64,000 nucleotides of DNA from positions 10,974,878 through 11,038,877 of the forward strand of contig NW_002060943.1 in assembly GCF_000150275.1 (NCBI RefSeq). Direction: 5' to 3'. The DNA comes from Trichoplax adhaerens (lineage: Eukaryota > Animalia > Placozoa). Made by a program: the position numbers and the translations under genes. This document shows, piece by piece, positions 26,392 to 41,300 of this stretch. The notes under the pieces were generated by a model, which saw nothing but the letters and a program-made list of their open reading frames with translations, was not told the origin of the DNA and did not search any database. The first letter of the stretch is position 1; the number at the start of each line of letters is the position of its first letter.

Positions 26392-29300
26392 TCATAACTG
26401 TGATGGTGTTGGATTTTTATCCATCACTTTGGTAACAGGTAGTTTTATTTCTTCATGTTTGCGCCAATATAGAAAAGCCAACCAACTTTCCCAAGTTAGT
26501 AATCGCTTATTATTGATATCCATAAGGTGTATTTCTATCAAAGTAGTACGGGCCCGTTAATCAGTACGGTTCAAACTCGAATTAAAAAATAAGTATAAAA
26601 AATTTCTTATGGCCCTTGTAAGAATATTCAACTTACTTAGTTTATTACTGCGAGGTCTTGGAATGCAACATAGCCCATTAATAAAGATATATCGAAACAA
26701 TGTTATGCAAATTGGTATAATAATAAATGGAGGAGGCAAAACTGGCTTTTCTAAATATTCTTCTATTAGAGAGTAACGCTGGAACTTCCAAACCGTGTCT
26801 GAATTTTCTTGTATTTTACTATAAGTATTGCTGTAAAAGCATCAATAAAAGCAAAGAGTTCAGTCTTATATTATTTAAGTGCAGCTTATAGTATTTCATA
26901 AATAAATACGGGTCAAACTTATGTATATTTTTCTTACTTGAAAACAGCAATCAATAAATTCAGTAACAGAACGTTTGCAATTAACATATATCCAGCTAAT
27001 AGAATAGGAACCATCCATGTATTAGCCACACATTTACTATTTGTAAGGTAAGTAGCGTTCGGTGGGCAGTCTCGGCCTATTAAGATAATCATAAACCGAT
27101 AAGATGTAGCTATTAGATTAAGGGAGTACTATATCAGCCAGTTTATCAAATAAGTTAGCACAGGTATGCCCGCGATATTTTACTACAGTAAATAAACATT
27201 ACCTTGGATTTGATCCACAAATAATTCTCCAAATAACTGAAAGAATGGCATATAGAATATCTGTCGTAGCAAATTCCAGTCCCACGGTGAATTTGGATAC
27301 AAAATCGCCTGACTAGCTACACCATAAGCGATGATAAAAATTGCTAGCAGTAATAAAAATTTTAACAAATCTTTGATCTGTGAGAAAAAGATAAATTGCA
27401 TACTATTTCATTAACGTCTGTATAGGAGGTAAAATTATATAAAATGAAAACTACCGTATTTAAATAGAGATTTGTATCTAATAAGTACAGTAAAACTACT
27501 GTATTACCGAGACATAATTTTGAACTTTATTTATATAAGTCTATAATATCCTCATTATATTGTTTTCAACTTTGCATCGTTTAAGATCATACCATTTTAT
27601 TGATCATCACCAGGAAAGGACCAAGATGTCTGCTAACTGAAAAGATATTTAATGTTCTGAAGCAGAAAACCAGAAAGCTCAAGCAATAGACTATATGCCC
27701 AACATCACGAGTAGCTTTAAAAAATCTCATAACTACACCAGTAGCAAAGAGAAGTGATGATATTGTATCTCCAATATTCCCAATACTCGAAAAGTATGAC
27801 TTTACTTTCGCAATGTATGTCGGCTGATTAATTATGACCAGCTATAAAAAAACAATGCATACGCAAATAACTAATGAGATTGCTAGACATGAAGATTTGA
27901 TCATGACAACGTTTACTGAAACGCATTACTGGAAATTTGATCAAGCAGAGCAGGCCATACCTGTCTAACTTCTTCAATAGTATATGTTGCAACCCATCCG
28001 ATTAGAATGTATTCAGGGATACTCGGGGATTGCTGATAATCAGATAGGATGATGTATGCAAATAGGACGATAAATACCAGGAAGGAAATCTTTAATGAAG
28101 ATAAAGTAGCGATAGTTTACGTATTACGTTAATGATTGACACAAGTATACTTAACAAGCCAGAATATACTGGAAATGAGATCGATACTTAAACTTGTAAT
28201 CAATAATGGTACTTATAAATGAGGATTTCTCAGGAATATTTTAATTATAGAAAACTGAAAATAAATGATAATAATCTTTATAAACTTACGACATTATACG
28301 CAAAAATTGTCCTGGGTGCAGTTAGAAACTGGCATCGGTTTCCTTGCAAGCAACTTTTACGTTCAGCAAGTTCTTCATCTTGTTCATCAACTAATGCCGA
28401 CTGATCGGTCATTTCAGTTCCAATGTCTAAAGCATAAGTAGATCTACGCCTCCAGATCCGTTTCTTAGATTTTGAATTTGCATCTTCATTGGGATTGGTT
28501 TGTTCTTGACCTGGCAATGCTTTAAGTTCTTGAGGCATCGTATCCTAATGTAAGCATAAATATTGTATCGAAATCAATAATTTTGACAGTACTTATTAAT
28601 AATCTTTCAGGAGTAAGTTGTAATTACTTCATTACCGCCTGCTATATTTACATCTGTATAAAGATATCGAATATAATATACTAATAATTAACTTTCACAC
28701 TATAATTATAATTAAAGAGTGATCAAAATTATAACAAGTAACGCGGCTTGGCAATAATAGCAGACTTATTAAACGGGTGTAATCATCACTATTCATATTG
28801 TAATATGGCTTACTGAAATATAAATACTCTGCAATCTTAAATAGTAATCCTATGCTAATATACTTCCGTATACGATAACTAATGTAATCAGTCCACTACC
28901 TACAATGAAATTTTTCAGAATATAATTAATTGGTGTTCAATATTATAGCCAGCTTTGCATAAATGACATGATGCAAAGCGGCATAGTAATGATCGCAGAC
29001 TTATTAAAAGGGTCTAATCATAGCTGTTGATATTTTACTCTGGCTAGCTGAATATAAATATTCCGCAGTTATAAGCAGTAATCCTATACTAATATACTTG
29101 TGCAAACGACGATCTAATCAATCTGATAGGGCTAGCTTAGATAGACGGCTATTTTGTAAAATGGCCGTATTTGCGCAGCCGACTTACAAAATAGCCAACT
29201 AGATAGACATATATAATCATATAAAGTGGCTATCATCGGACATTAATATCTCTGCTATGCTTCATTGGTAAACTTTTACTAACATCGTCGACCCATAGTT

Positions 29301-32300
29301 TGCTTAACAACGATTGACAGCAGCGTTCGGCTAAAAATTTCTCATTTCCAGACGAGTGAGAAATTTGTAAACAAGTGGCATTACCCCAATCTGGCATGAT
29401 TATTCGGAGTAGTATCATAGCATTAGCTTCATCATCATCGTAGTATTGACGTAAAAAATTCACCGCATGGCTTTGGAACAGACTATAAATTTTAGTAGTC
29501 ATAGTCAATCCATCATAAGTTAAAAGGTTCAAAATAATTTTCATTTATACATAAAAAGGAAGCCTATTTGATTAAATCACTTTCAACATCTTATCCTAGA
29601 TATAGATAGACATGTATAAGGAAAGCAATAAAGATAAAATTGATGATACAAATTAACACTTACCGAGATTCTACAGAAAATTGATGGCTGATATCAGTTG
29701 CTGCTACTCTCTTAGCTTGCTTACTTAAACGCCGTAGTAGTGTGTAGGCAATTAATGATGCTGCCATCGGATGTGCAACTTTTTGTAAAAGGAAATGAGC
29801 AATTTTGTATCGCCTTGCTAGAATTGACCAGATGAAATAATGATGTAGCGGATAGTCCAATAGTGATGAAGTATCTAAATTGATATTATTTATAGTTTCC
29901 CCGCCTTCTCGAACAGAACGGTGTCTCGCTTTCTCCTTCCTATATTTCTTGAAAGGATTTTCAAAGCCGTATCCCATCAATTTAGAGATGATATTACCCA
30001 CGGTGAAAAGTTTGATTATGTGGTTCTATATTATCGACAGAAGGAAAACTGATATTAGATCACAATTTTTTTAACAGATTGGTCGCATTAACTCAACTAA
30101 CATCATCTCACAAAAGAAATAAGAAAATTAAACAGAGTGGTTATCTGATTAGTAAGAGCGAATATCATTGTCTGATGACGGATATACGCGTATAGCTATC
30201 ATTTCCATAAGCTTACAAATTCATATGCGTACTCTTATGCAGTTCTATTGGGATTAATTAGCAAGAAATAGATTTTTAACGAAAGGCAAATGATTATGTT
30301 ATTATCTACTCGCAAATTAACTTGTGCGAAGTCATCAACATCAGGATAGAATAATCTACACGTCAGCAATTATATTGGTTGCATCAATAAAAATAGTATT
30401 TCTTTATCAGAAAATAGAAATGGCCGGTGCGATTTCTTACCGCTTTGCCGAATAGTCCCGTTTTATCCATTTTAAAAATGGGCTTTAAAATCAAGTCATT
30501 CCTTGCCTAGAAAAGTAAATGCCATCATTAATATACGGGAACGGTGAATGAATAATTTGCCATCGATAAGTACCGTAAAATCATATAGCTCCTTCAAAAC
30601 AGTTTTAGTAAAGATTTCTTCTGGCGTCATTTTTCCGCCAAATATCTCCATTACGAAATCAAGTCGATCATCAATCATAGCAATTACCAAAGCTGATTTT
30701 AAATCGGTAAAATTTAGCGTCTAAAAAAAGAAAAAACTTTCCAATGTCACTAATACAAGGTACTTTTAAATTCATTCAGTAAGTGACTGGCAAGAAATGA
30801 ATTGTAGTAAAGAGAATTTAAAATCATTGAGTGAATTTCTAACATGGCTAAAGATGTTCCTTGCTATCGAGTTAATTTACCTTATCATTCAAGCCAGACA
30901 TAATTTGTACTTTTGCTAAATATAACTTATTGCATTTAGATGCAATCTCAATTTGCTGTCTTTCATTGATCGGATCGAGACAATCTAATTAAGACAATAT
31001 TAATTATGAACATCTGTAATTGTTAACTCTGCCCAAAATAATGATACGTAATCGTTTTTATAAATTTGTATTCGGATTAGGAGGCATTCGATATTTACCT
31101 TTCATCAGCGATTGAACTATAGCCGTATCAAAATCCCCATCATCGGTGGTATACATTGTGAACTAGTAAAAGAAACAGAAATGTTCTAAAGCATATTGAA
31201 GAATATCACTCTTTCATTAGAATTCAAACTGAGCCAACTGGAATTTTATGTTAGCTACTACTAGTTTAAGTCCATAAGATAACCTTAAATTCTTTTAATA
31301 GAGTATTTCTCTTATTTCTAATTAAAGAAATCTACGATAGGTAACTTACAACATCTTTAAATTTTATTAGATCGTTGATTTTCTGGAAGCACTGCATGAT
31401 TTCCTTAAAATTGTGGTATTCAGACCAATTGAATTCTTCTCGAATTAGGCGCTTAGTTTCATTTTCATATTGTGGACTGATACGATAATTATTAACCCTT
31501 TCAGATATAAAGAAATGAATAGATTAACTAGAATAATTTATGAATATTATTACGATTAGAGCGTAATTTAATTACAAATAAAAGCAACATTTATAAAATT
31601 TTATAATTCGTTACTATCATTGCGTATTATTGAAGGTAGCATAGTTATTTTTAGTTGAGTAACCATCTGTAACTCATAACATCGTATTAATTACAATTTG
31701 TAATAAAATCGGGTAAAATTTCGATGTTTTTTGAATGGCTAACCTAAAAATATCCTGTATTTACAGTAATTTTGCTACTTTTTAATTATACTGCTATATA
31801 ATACAATTATCATGTTTTTGTTTATAACTATCGTTATACCTATATAAATACGAGTATAATTTATGTGTATTTAGATTTCCAATTATATTGCATGTTTTTT
31901 AGTCTATATCATATTGTACGCTTGATAGTCCTTAGCTGCATAGGTACGGGTATATTTATCTAGCTCTTATACCGGTACATTAATACTCTATCTAATTCGA
32001 CGTGATTTATCGATATCAATACTGTTAGCTTTTATACTCTAGTCTTGGCTAGTTAATGTAAAAGTATTGGCTGCCTCATCGCTATAAAAGGTATAAAAAT
32101 TTACTAAAAAATTAACCTAAAAATACACTGTATATATTACGGTAACTCCCTCAGCATATTTACTATAGTCTTGCTACTTTTCAATTATATCACTATGTAA
32201 CGTATCTATTATTTTACTATTTACAACTATCATTATACTTATGCTTGATACTAATTTAAATAATTATCAGATCTTTACTGCATTGAATGGCCATCGTTAC

Positions 32301-35300
32301 GTTATTATTTCTATGTAATACGAGTATAATCTAGTTAGAATTAGATTTGCAATTAAATATATTTGTCGGCCTATGCTATATTGTACTGTATATTTGATAG
32401 CCCATAGCTGCATCGATATATCTAGCAGTTACACGTGTACCTTAATACCCTATCGAATTTTATACGATCTATCAACATCAATACCATAAGCTTTTATAGT
32501 CTAGTCTTCACTAGTTGATATAAAGTGTTGACTATTTTATCTTTCTAGAAAGAATAGATAAAGGAATCAATTTAAACCCTTTCATACTCTTTGCCTCGAT
32601 GATCTTTGACTTTGCCAGTTGCCACCGCATGAGTATAAGCATATGCTAATATATTTGCTGCTCCACCACTGTCAGCAACAACCACTATTGGAACATTCAA
32701 ACGATGCTTGCTTCCACTATATAAATCAGTTACAGCAATGTAGCTGTGAAGTTTGCAGATTGTTTGATATCCTCCACCAACGATTATGTTTAGGCAGGGT
32801 ACAGTGTATTCTAATTTGGATATTCAATGGTCAGTTAATACGTTGATAGAATGGTCAGTATGAACATACAGTAACATAAAAAAGCTTTACTCTGTTAAAA
32901 AAGTGATTTACCATATAGCATTTTGCCAGTTAGCATTGCACATGGTTCTAATCCTACCGGTCGAGATTCTTCCAGAAATAATATGTGTTTAAAAGATTTA
33001 TGTAGGGGTACTGCAATCTCCTTAGCAAGCTTATTATCAGGATAACGAGCTTCTGTCCGATCCTAACAAAAACATAAATTGAAAAATATGCATAGAATAG
33101 ACATTAGTGAGTATTATTCAAAGTATTTACGTATCGGATGCAGTTTGAGCTGCTTATAAGGAAAACTCTATAGTATTTTTAAGTAAGCATAGAATAGATT
33201 TTAGCAAGTGCTGTTCAAAGCTATGGCTTTATAGATCAACCAATAGTTTGAGCTACATCAAGGAATTTTCTGAAGTATTTTTCGACTTTTACAAGTTATG
33301 ATAGCTATAAAGGTCGACACTCTATCGTACAATTTCATCTATAGGGTTGCTTCCATCGCTTTGATTTTGAACAATTGCGTTTTTCCAATACGCATAGCCA
33401 ATTAACATGGTATCGCTATTTCGCTGCATTTCAGTAGCTACTGAGCTTTCCATAACAGCTTCACCAACATAATCCATAATGCCAACATTATCACAATCTA
33501 CAGCTACAACGTATGGATTTATTAAACGTATAATCTTTGCTAAACCGAATCCAAAAATTTTTTTTAATTCAGGGTTAACATTGAATCCGCGAACTCCGCC
33601 AATAATAGTAATAGCCATGTCAGGACGCTGTAAATACCAGTACCAACGGAATAACTTGTAGACTTCATCAATATTTGCATTTGATGTCATACGTATATAC
33701 TATAATCAAGATAAATAATCGAATTACGAAGAGCAATAATTAGATCTTTTTAAACTCTAAAAGTTATCTTAAATATCATACTAAAAATTATGAAATTGGA
33801 AGAACTAGGACTGATATGCTGATTAATACGATACATAAATATTCGTAAATATCAATGAATTACAAAGAATAGCAACTAGACCTTTCTTAACTCTAACGCC
33901 TAAAAATTATCTTAAAGAAATACTAACAATTGTGGAATTGAATGAATTGCGACTGATATACCGATTAATAAGATGTAAAAATATGTGTCAATACTATGCT
34001 CTCTTATAAAAATAGCATGCAATGTCAAATTCTACTTCTATAAACCTTAGAACCACGATGTTCTTGAAAATGTATTTTACCACCCGAAACGTAATATTCG
34101 CGGTGCATAATATTTTTCATGTTATCCTGTTATGATTGGTGAATGAATGAAATAGAGTATTAAAATCTTCAATCTTTTACGTATTTAATTCTTACCAAAA
34201 ATCAATACTTAAAAATAGTTCAAGAACTCGAGTTAGTAATTGAAATGGTATCTAACTAGAGTTCATACAAGTATCACTTATAACCAAATTTAAGTCTTTA
34301 TGGAGATACAATATTTATTAAGCGTAGCTAATAGTAATAGTTGTTTACAGCACATTTACTACTATATGACTTATTGTAAAATAACTGGCTGAATAGCTTC
34401 CTAAAGGATTGTAAGACAAACTTTCTGCAATAATGATAACGCCATTTGTTCAATAGTCTACGATTGACATAATATGCGAAATTTTTGACGGTATGCGATC
34501 ATCTATTTGCAACCACTGACTGAGCAAAACATTTTTACATCATTTTTATTTCACTTGTTGCAATACTATAGCATATAACGGTTCATATGAGGTTTGCGAT
34601 TGGCCTGAATGTTAATAACTAATCATTACAAAGCAAGAAGTGTAATTAGGAATACTATGCCATAGCGTTATAGCTTAGATCAGGGAAACCGACATTACTT
34701 ATCCTTACAAAGCAATTTAAGGAAAATATCATTATAATTATATGATGGAAACTACTAAAACAACTACCAAAATAACTATTTCAAGTCGCGTCAATTCATA
34801 TAAGCAATAAATTCTTGGCTCCAATAAATAAATATGGTTGAAAATGAATTAATCAATAAGAGCATCACAGTATTTAGTAATTTGTACAAGTCAGATCTTT
34901 GAGCTTAAATTACCATGTTATATATACAGATCGAAATTATAATTTGGTTAATTACCTCCAATGCATTCTTTATACTCATTACAGTCACATCATTATTACC
35001 AGCAGCTGCTGATTCTATAGGTGTATGTCCTTCCTAATATGTCATAAAAATTAGCTGTAGATTAAATAAATTGCATCATCTGTTTCATCTACTAGAATTA
35101 ATATTTTTATAATGAGACATGCTTAATCTGTTTATATCATACTCGATAAATTATCCACTCTTAACTATTTCCCAAAGCAAATAATTGTAAAGTTAACTTA
35201 TGGTAACGGATTTAATCTCCAGAATGATGATGTAGTCTATATATTTATAGTATACTGCAATATAACTTTAACGTAATTGCCTTTAGCTTTACAATATTAA

Positions 35301-38300
35301 TAAAGTAAATTAAGTCTAGCACTCTAACTGCAATAAAGACTATTAATCATATCCAAATTCCTTTTAAGAAATTCCTTGAAAAAAGAAAATTAGCTACTGT
35401 ATGGATCCAAACACTGATGAAATCTATTAGTGATTCTATGTTGCACCTTATTAATCACCCAATCGAATCGCGATTGACCTTTGTCACCTTCCATATAGCG
35501 CAACAGTAGTTGTGTACATCTATCCTGACCGTTAATAGCCGCAATATGCAGAGGGGAATGGCCAAGTTTATTTCTCTCATAAAATAAATCTGGTGTCTGT
35601 TAAATGAAGATCAAATATTAGTCGTTACTGAAATGATTCAGTAAAATACTATACGAGTTCAAATAATCGATTGTTATAAACTTTTAATTTGATGTAATAT
35701 AAAAAATAGTGAATGATACAGCTTTGGAATCATATCTAGGAATAGGTCAGGAGTGATCAATTTACCATAAATCCTTCAGTAAGTTCATAATAAACTTTAA
35801 TTGCTTCTAATTGACCTTTCTTAACTGCATAGTGGATTGGATTATCGCCATTGTTCTATTTTGGTATAATAATGTATTCTTTAAAATATATATGTTAAGA
35901 AATTGTAACTGTACTATGCGTAAAGTTAATATCGATAGTTCCAATATTTAAAACTCGAAATATTTACTTTAAATCTGGAATTATAACTTTACTCACATCT
36001 TTGACGTAGGCATCTGCTCCATATTTTGTCAGGAGCTTAATTCCTTCTAAGTTATTATCGGCGAAAGCTTGATGCATAGCAGTTTCATCATTACCACTGA
36101 CATTCTTGTAGGATAATAATAATAATTTTACTACTAAAATAGCCTAATTATATGATATCTTATGAAGTAATTTCTTAATCATTTTGGTAAATGATAGGCC
36201 GGGGTCTTAACGACTGTGCAAGGGAATGTACTGTAGTTATTACTAAAGTAAAACATGCAACACATTTATAAACTATTCTTCCACACTCTGAAAAGGTCTT
36301 AAGTTACATAATGGATTAGGTAAGTGATTCTTTTTCTATTAGAATACAGTAGAAATACGCATAATTTTATACTTACAGGTAGGCTAAGTTTCCCTTCTCT
36401 GGCAACTCGTTCGATAAAGTCTTCGTTATTCTCCTTAGTAGCTTTATAGATGTCGATCATGGTAGTCTAAATGATACAATTAGTAACAGATCACACAATT
36501 TAATCGTTAGCATATGCTAGTATACAAAAAATAAATTGGATGATAAAATAGAAACTGTCCATTCGATATACAACATTCCAAATTTTCTCAATATACGATG
36601 TCATTGCTGAATGGATTTATCATCAGCATACTTGATCATTTCTAGGTAAATGCTGTACTAGTTCTTCAAAATAGCAATAATTACGTTTTCCATTTCCAGG
36701 ACGTCGGCATCAAATTTAAGTAATAATTCAACGCAATTTTCATGATGATTTTCTCTGGCAGCTTGTAGAGGTGTCCGGCCATACTATCACATAGATATCA
36801 TTTATTACACACGATAATATTGCTGGCAGCACTCAATCATAATCACTTTTATCAATATCTCATGGAATTTTAGGAAAATTAAACTATGTAAAACCTCATT
36901 CATGCATCGTATATCCACTTTTTGGTCAATAATCCACTTTAGCATTTCGTAGTGTCCTTTCGTGGCAGAAATGTGGCATAAATTCATGCCAGACTAGAAA
37001 AAATAAAATTTTGCTATACAGTTATTGCTAGAATTATTCATTTATGACTAAAGGAATGGTTTAATATCATGGGTAGCGATTTCAATTTTTCTTCTAGTCA
37101 ATTCGATCTGGCACATATTTACCCAGATTGATTCATTTATGACTAACAGCAACAGTTTATTATCATAGATAGCCATTTCTATCCTATTTAGAGTATAGTA
37201 AAGTGATTCTGTTTATGATTTAATTCGATAACTTACCATAGTCTTGACGTGAATGTCGACATTGTTGCTATTTAGCCACATGAGCATTTCCATGTAGCCT
37301 CCTTCCGCAGCGACACAAGCCATATTATTTCCAGTCTAAGATTGCATACAGCAATGAATCATTTAGCATCAATCAACATTACTCGTACAGTCTAGTATTT
37401 CCAGAAAAATTAGCAATATCATAGATTAGCTCTGTCTTATTCACCGAATCGACCCAGTTAATATCCACTTTCTGCTGTTTTAGCCAAACTAATAATTCCA
37501 TCTTTCCATTGTGCGCTGCATGATAAGCTATGCTTCTCCCAAGCTACCATAGCAGTGGGATAATTAAATCAAGATTTATTGAAACGCCATTCAATGCAAG
37601 TATAATAATTCAAAGAGTTAAAATTTAGACATTATCACAGTTTTTACTACTGCTAAATTTTAGTTAATAGAAAGGAATGATGAATTATAAGCTTCAATAA
37701 CGACAGTCAATAGAAATGTATTTAATAGAATTAATTTAGACATTATCTTATTTTCTACTACCATTAAATTATAGCTAATAGAAAGGATTGATGAATTATT
37801 GGGTGCAATAACGACATCCAATATAAGTGCATTAATTAATAATTAAATTTATTCATTATCGCAGTTTCTACTAATACTAAATTATAGCCAAGAGGAAGGA
37901 TTGATGGGCGATTAGCTACAATTTTTGATATTATTGTTTCTCTTTACCTTATCTTTGCGATGGATATCAACATGTTTATCATTAAGCCAAGAAAGCATTT
38001 CTAGATCATTCCGTTCGGCGCTGTAGTAGCTGATATTATTGCCATGCTGGATATTTTTAAACGACAAGGAAGTAATGAAAGCTAATTCAATATCAGCATA
38101 TTAGAAGAGTGACAGTAGTAGAATGATAAAGTGCACAAGTTAAAAGTGCTGCGGATTTTGACTACCGCTTACAATTCAGATAGCTCATGATTGCATTATA
38201 GTGTCGTACTGCCTCCTACATTCAAAACTAGTTTAGATTCCTGATCTAAAAATACTTTAATTTCTCTGTTCTCTGAGCATATTACAAGTAATAACTATTT

Positions 38301-41300
38301 GTATGTAGCTATAACTTGCAGACAGCAGTATTCTATTCTAAAATTCAATATTTTGACATGAGTTCTAGCCAAAAAGTTATGGTATTGGGTAGTAATGTAT
38401 TCATTTACTACGTAGTATATTTTATGCTTGATGAAGGACTAAAGTAAAATATTTTGTTAGTATAGGACGAAAAAGAATTGATCTTTTCCACGATCCATTC
38501 CACTCTAATGATGAGCTGCACCGACATGTAATCATATAAATCTCTTGTAATATTGCTACTTGAGTTGAGACAGTTTTACTTCTATAGTACAAGGTGATTT
38601 TCGTGCATTTAATACTCATTTAGAGAATTGAGTTTCTATAAAAGTTTATCCACTTTCTATGTCAAACTATCAGCACCATTGCATTAGTTACTCATATAGT
38701 GAATACTTACAGCATCAATATGATATAAATCACCCCGACGTTTATGAAGTTCTTTAAGAATAGCTAAAGAGCCTCGTTTAACTGCATAAAACAGCGGGGT
38801 AGATCCTCCTTCCTATGGAAAGGTAGAAAGTAAATTTATAAATATCAAATCATATTCAAGCCTTACAAACATTATCATAGCTATAAAAAAAAATAGCTAT
38901 AGCATAAATAGAATGTATACGGTACATCCTAATGCTAGATAGACATAGTAGTCAATAGAGTATTTCAAAAAATTATTTAATCGTTTAATAATAAGTAGGA
39001 CTATAAAAATTCTCTTATAATTGAAAGAATGAACATGATATTAATATTCTGGATTTCTATCGCTAATAAAGCGCGGCTCTACGATTCTACTAAACCATGG
39101 ACTACTAGATGTACCAAAAATATGTAAAAAAATTTAGAAGTCTACATCGATACATTAACATTAAAGCTAAAATTAAATAATAGGTATCTAGTTCCGATCT
39201 ATTTTAAATTACAACCGATAAGACTGGCAACTAATTACATATTAATTTCACAATTGTACTAAACCTATAATTTAAGTAATTAAGCGAACGAGAAGATGAA
39301 AGTACCCAATTCCAACTTAGTTTAAAATATAACAGATGAGTCTAGCAACTGACAATATGCAACTTTACAATTGTGCTAAAAGTGGTAGTTTAACAAATAA
39401 AATTATTAATGAAATGAATTTATCTAGTCCGAAATCTAGATTAAATTGTAGTGAGACTAGTGACTAATAATGTATTACTTCACAATTCTACTATACCTGT
39501 ACCTTAATAAATGAAATGAATACAAAGATAAAATTATCTAGTTCCAATCTAGTTTCAACTTTAATCAAAAAAGGCTACGAATATTAATCGTACTTATCAA
39601 GTATGAAACTCTACTATGAATCGAAAATTAAGTCAAATGAACAATCTTGGCCCACTAATCAAGTGCAACTATCAAATTCTAGCATAAGCTCAATAACATA
39701 AAGTGAAACTAACGTCTTGTGCATTGGGATCTGCGTCGTAATTGAGCAAAATTGTAACCGCATTTAAATCTCCATTAAAGACCGCTTTATGAAGGACAGT
39801 CTCCTTTCTCGCTCCCTTAATAATTCAATTAAGAAAAAAGAAATAATTTTTTGGTATTAGTAATTGAGAAGTGATTTTAATTGAATTTCTGTATTCTTGT
39901 TATGGTTAGTTGGCCTTGGATAAGTCTAAAGAATGATCTAATCCTGCAATCGTATTAGCCGATATCACGTATCTTACAGTAATGCTAATATCTACACCAT
40001 TTCGAGACATTTCTTCTAGTAGCTTGATATTTTCTAGCTTGGCCAATTCAAAGATATCGTCAACGGTAACCTAACCAATTACAATCATTATTATATTACA
40101 GAAACTATCATATATACTTTGTTTAACTAGTAGAACATCCTGCATAATCTAAAATAGAAATATATATATATATAGGATAATTTCGCTCTTTACCAACAAC
40201 TTGATAAGTTCAACATGACACGTCTGAAAGGCGTAATCGATGGCCTTTTTGCCTTTCTAGTAGATATAGAATGAAAGAGAAAGAATAACATAAAATACAT
40301 GTACAATATTTATCATTTATCTATTTCACTTTGATAACATATAAACTTACGTTATTTTGTATGTCTAATCTCGCTCCTTTTTCGATCAATAAGCTGGTAC
40401 ATTTATAACTACCGTTCATGCAAGCAAGATGAAGTGGAGTATTACCAACCTATATCCATCAAGATTGTTAGAAATGGGCAATTTTTTTAATTTGTCGAAA
40501 GAATAAATAAAAATCTGATGACATCTGATAGGTATTGCATGAATAACCGATAACAGTTAATAGTTCATTTTAAACTAATATTTAACATCGTTCTCATTAA
40601 ATATTAAAAAGAGCATCGGCGATATTCTTAATTTCTAAGGTTACATTTACTACATACAAGAAAGCAATTTAAAGATGTAAATGGTGCAATAGAGTAGGGA
40701 TGATGTTACGGATTTACAAGCGTCTCTGTATCTAATTATAGGATTTCTTGTATTGTATTCATATCGGTTGTACAGTATTGCAACCTTATCAGAGCTTAAC
40801 GGCACTAGTTCTGTTCCGCACTAGATCAGTAAAGGACTATATTGTACAGTATATAAGGTGGTGAGAAATCAGAATAAAGATAGATATTCACGTGGAAGCT
40901 TAGCTGACGATCTCGCTTCAGTTGACTGAGAGCATACCAAAAAACAGACGCTATCGTTACCGCTAACAGATGGTCTAATAACGTAAAGGGGATTAAATCA
41001 TTTTGCTGAAACGTACGTTATTAGCACTATTTAGGTCAACACCATATTGAATCAAGGTGCCGATCACTTCTTTTCTCCTGTAAGCTGCTGCTGTGTGCAT
41101 TGGTTTCCATTTTGCCTAATGATGATTAAAAAGTACCATGAAAATTTTTATGCAATACTATTGTATAATTTTGAAGTAATAATACTGAATACTTTGGCGT
41201 AAAACTAATACTTTAAGATGATATGAATACAAAGTAAATTATTAATTATCTCGATATATTACATTATTGTCTGCTTCAATTTGACCTCCATGGTCATATA

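Noticed and set aside
37620-39560. Regularly spaced repeats considered as a CRISPR-like array
   Set aside because: Whole units are degenerate tandem copies without unique spacers, in eukaryotic introns with no cas genes.
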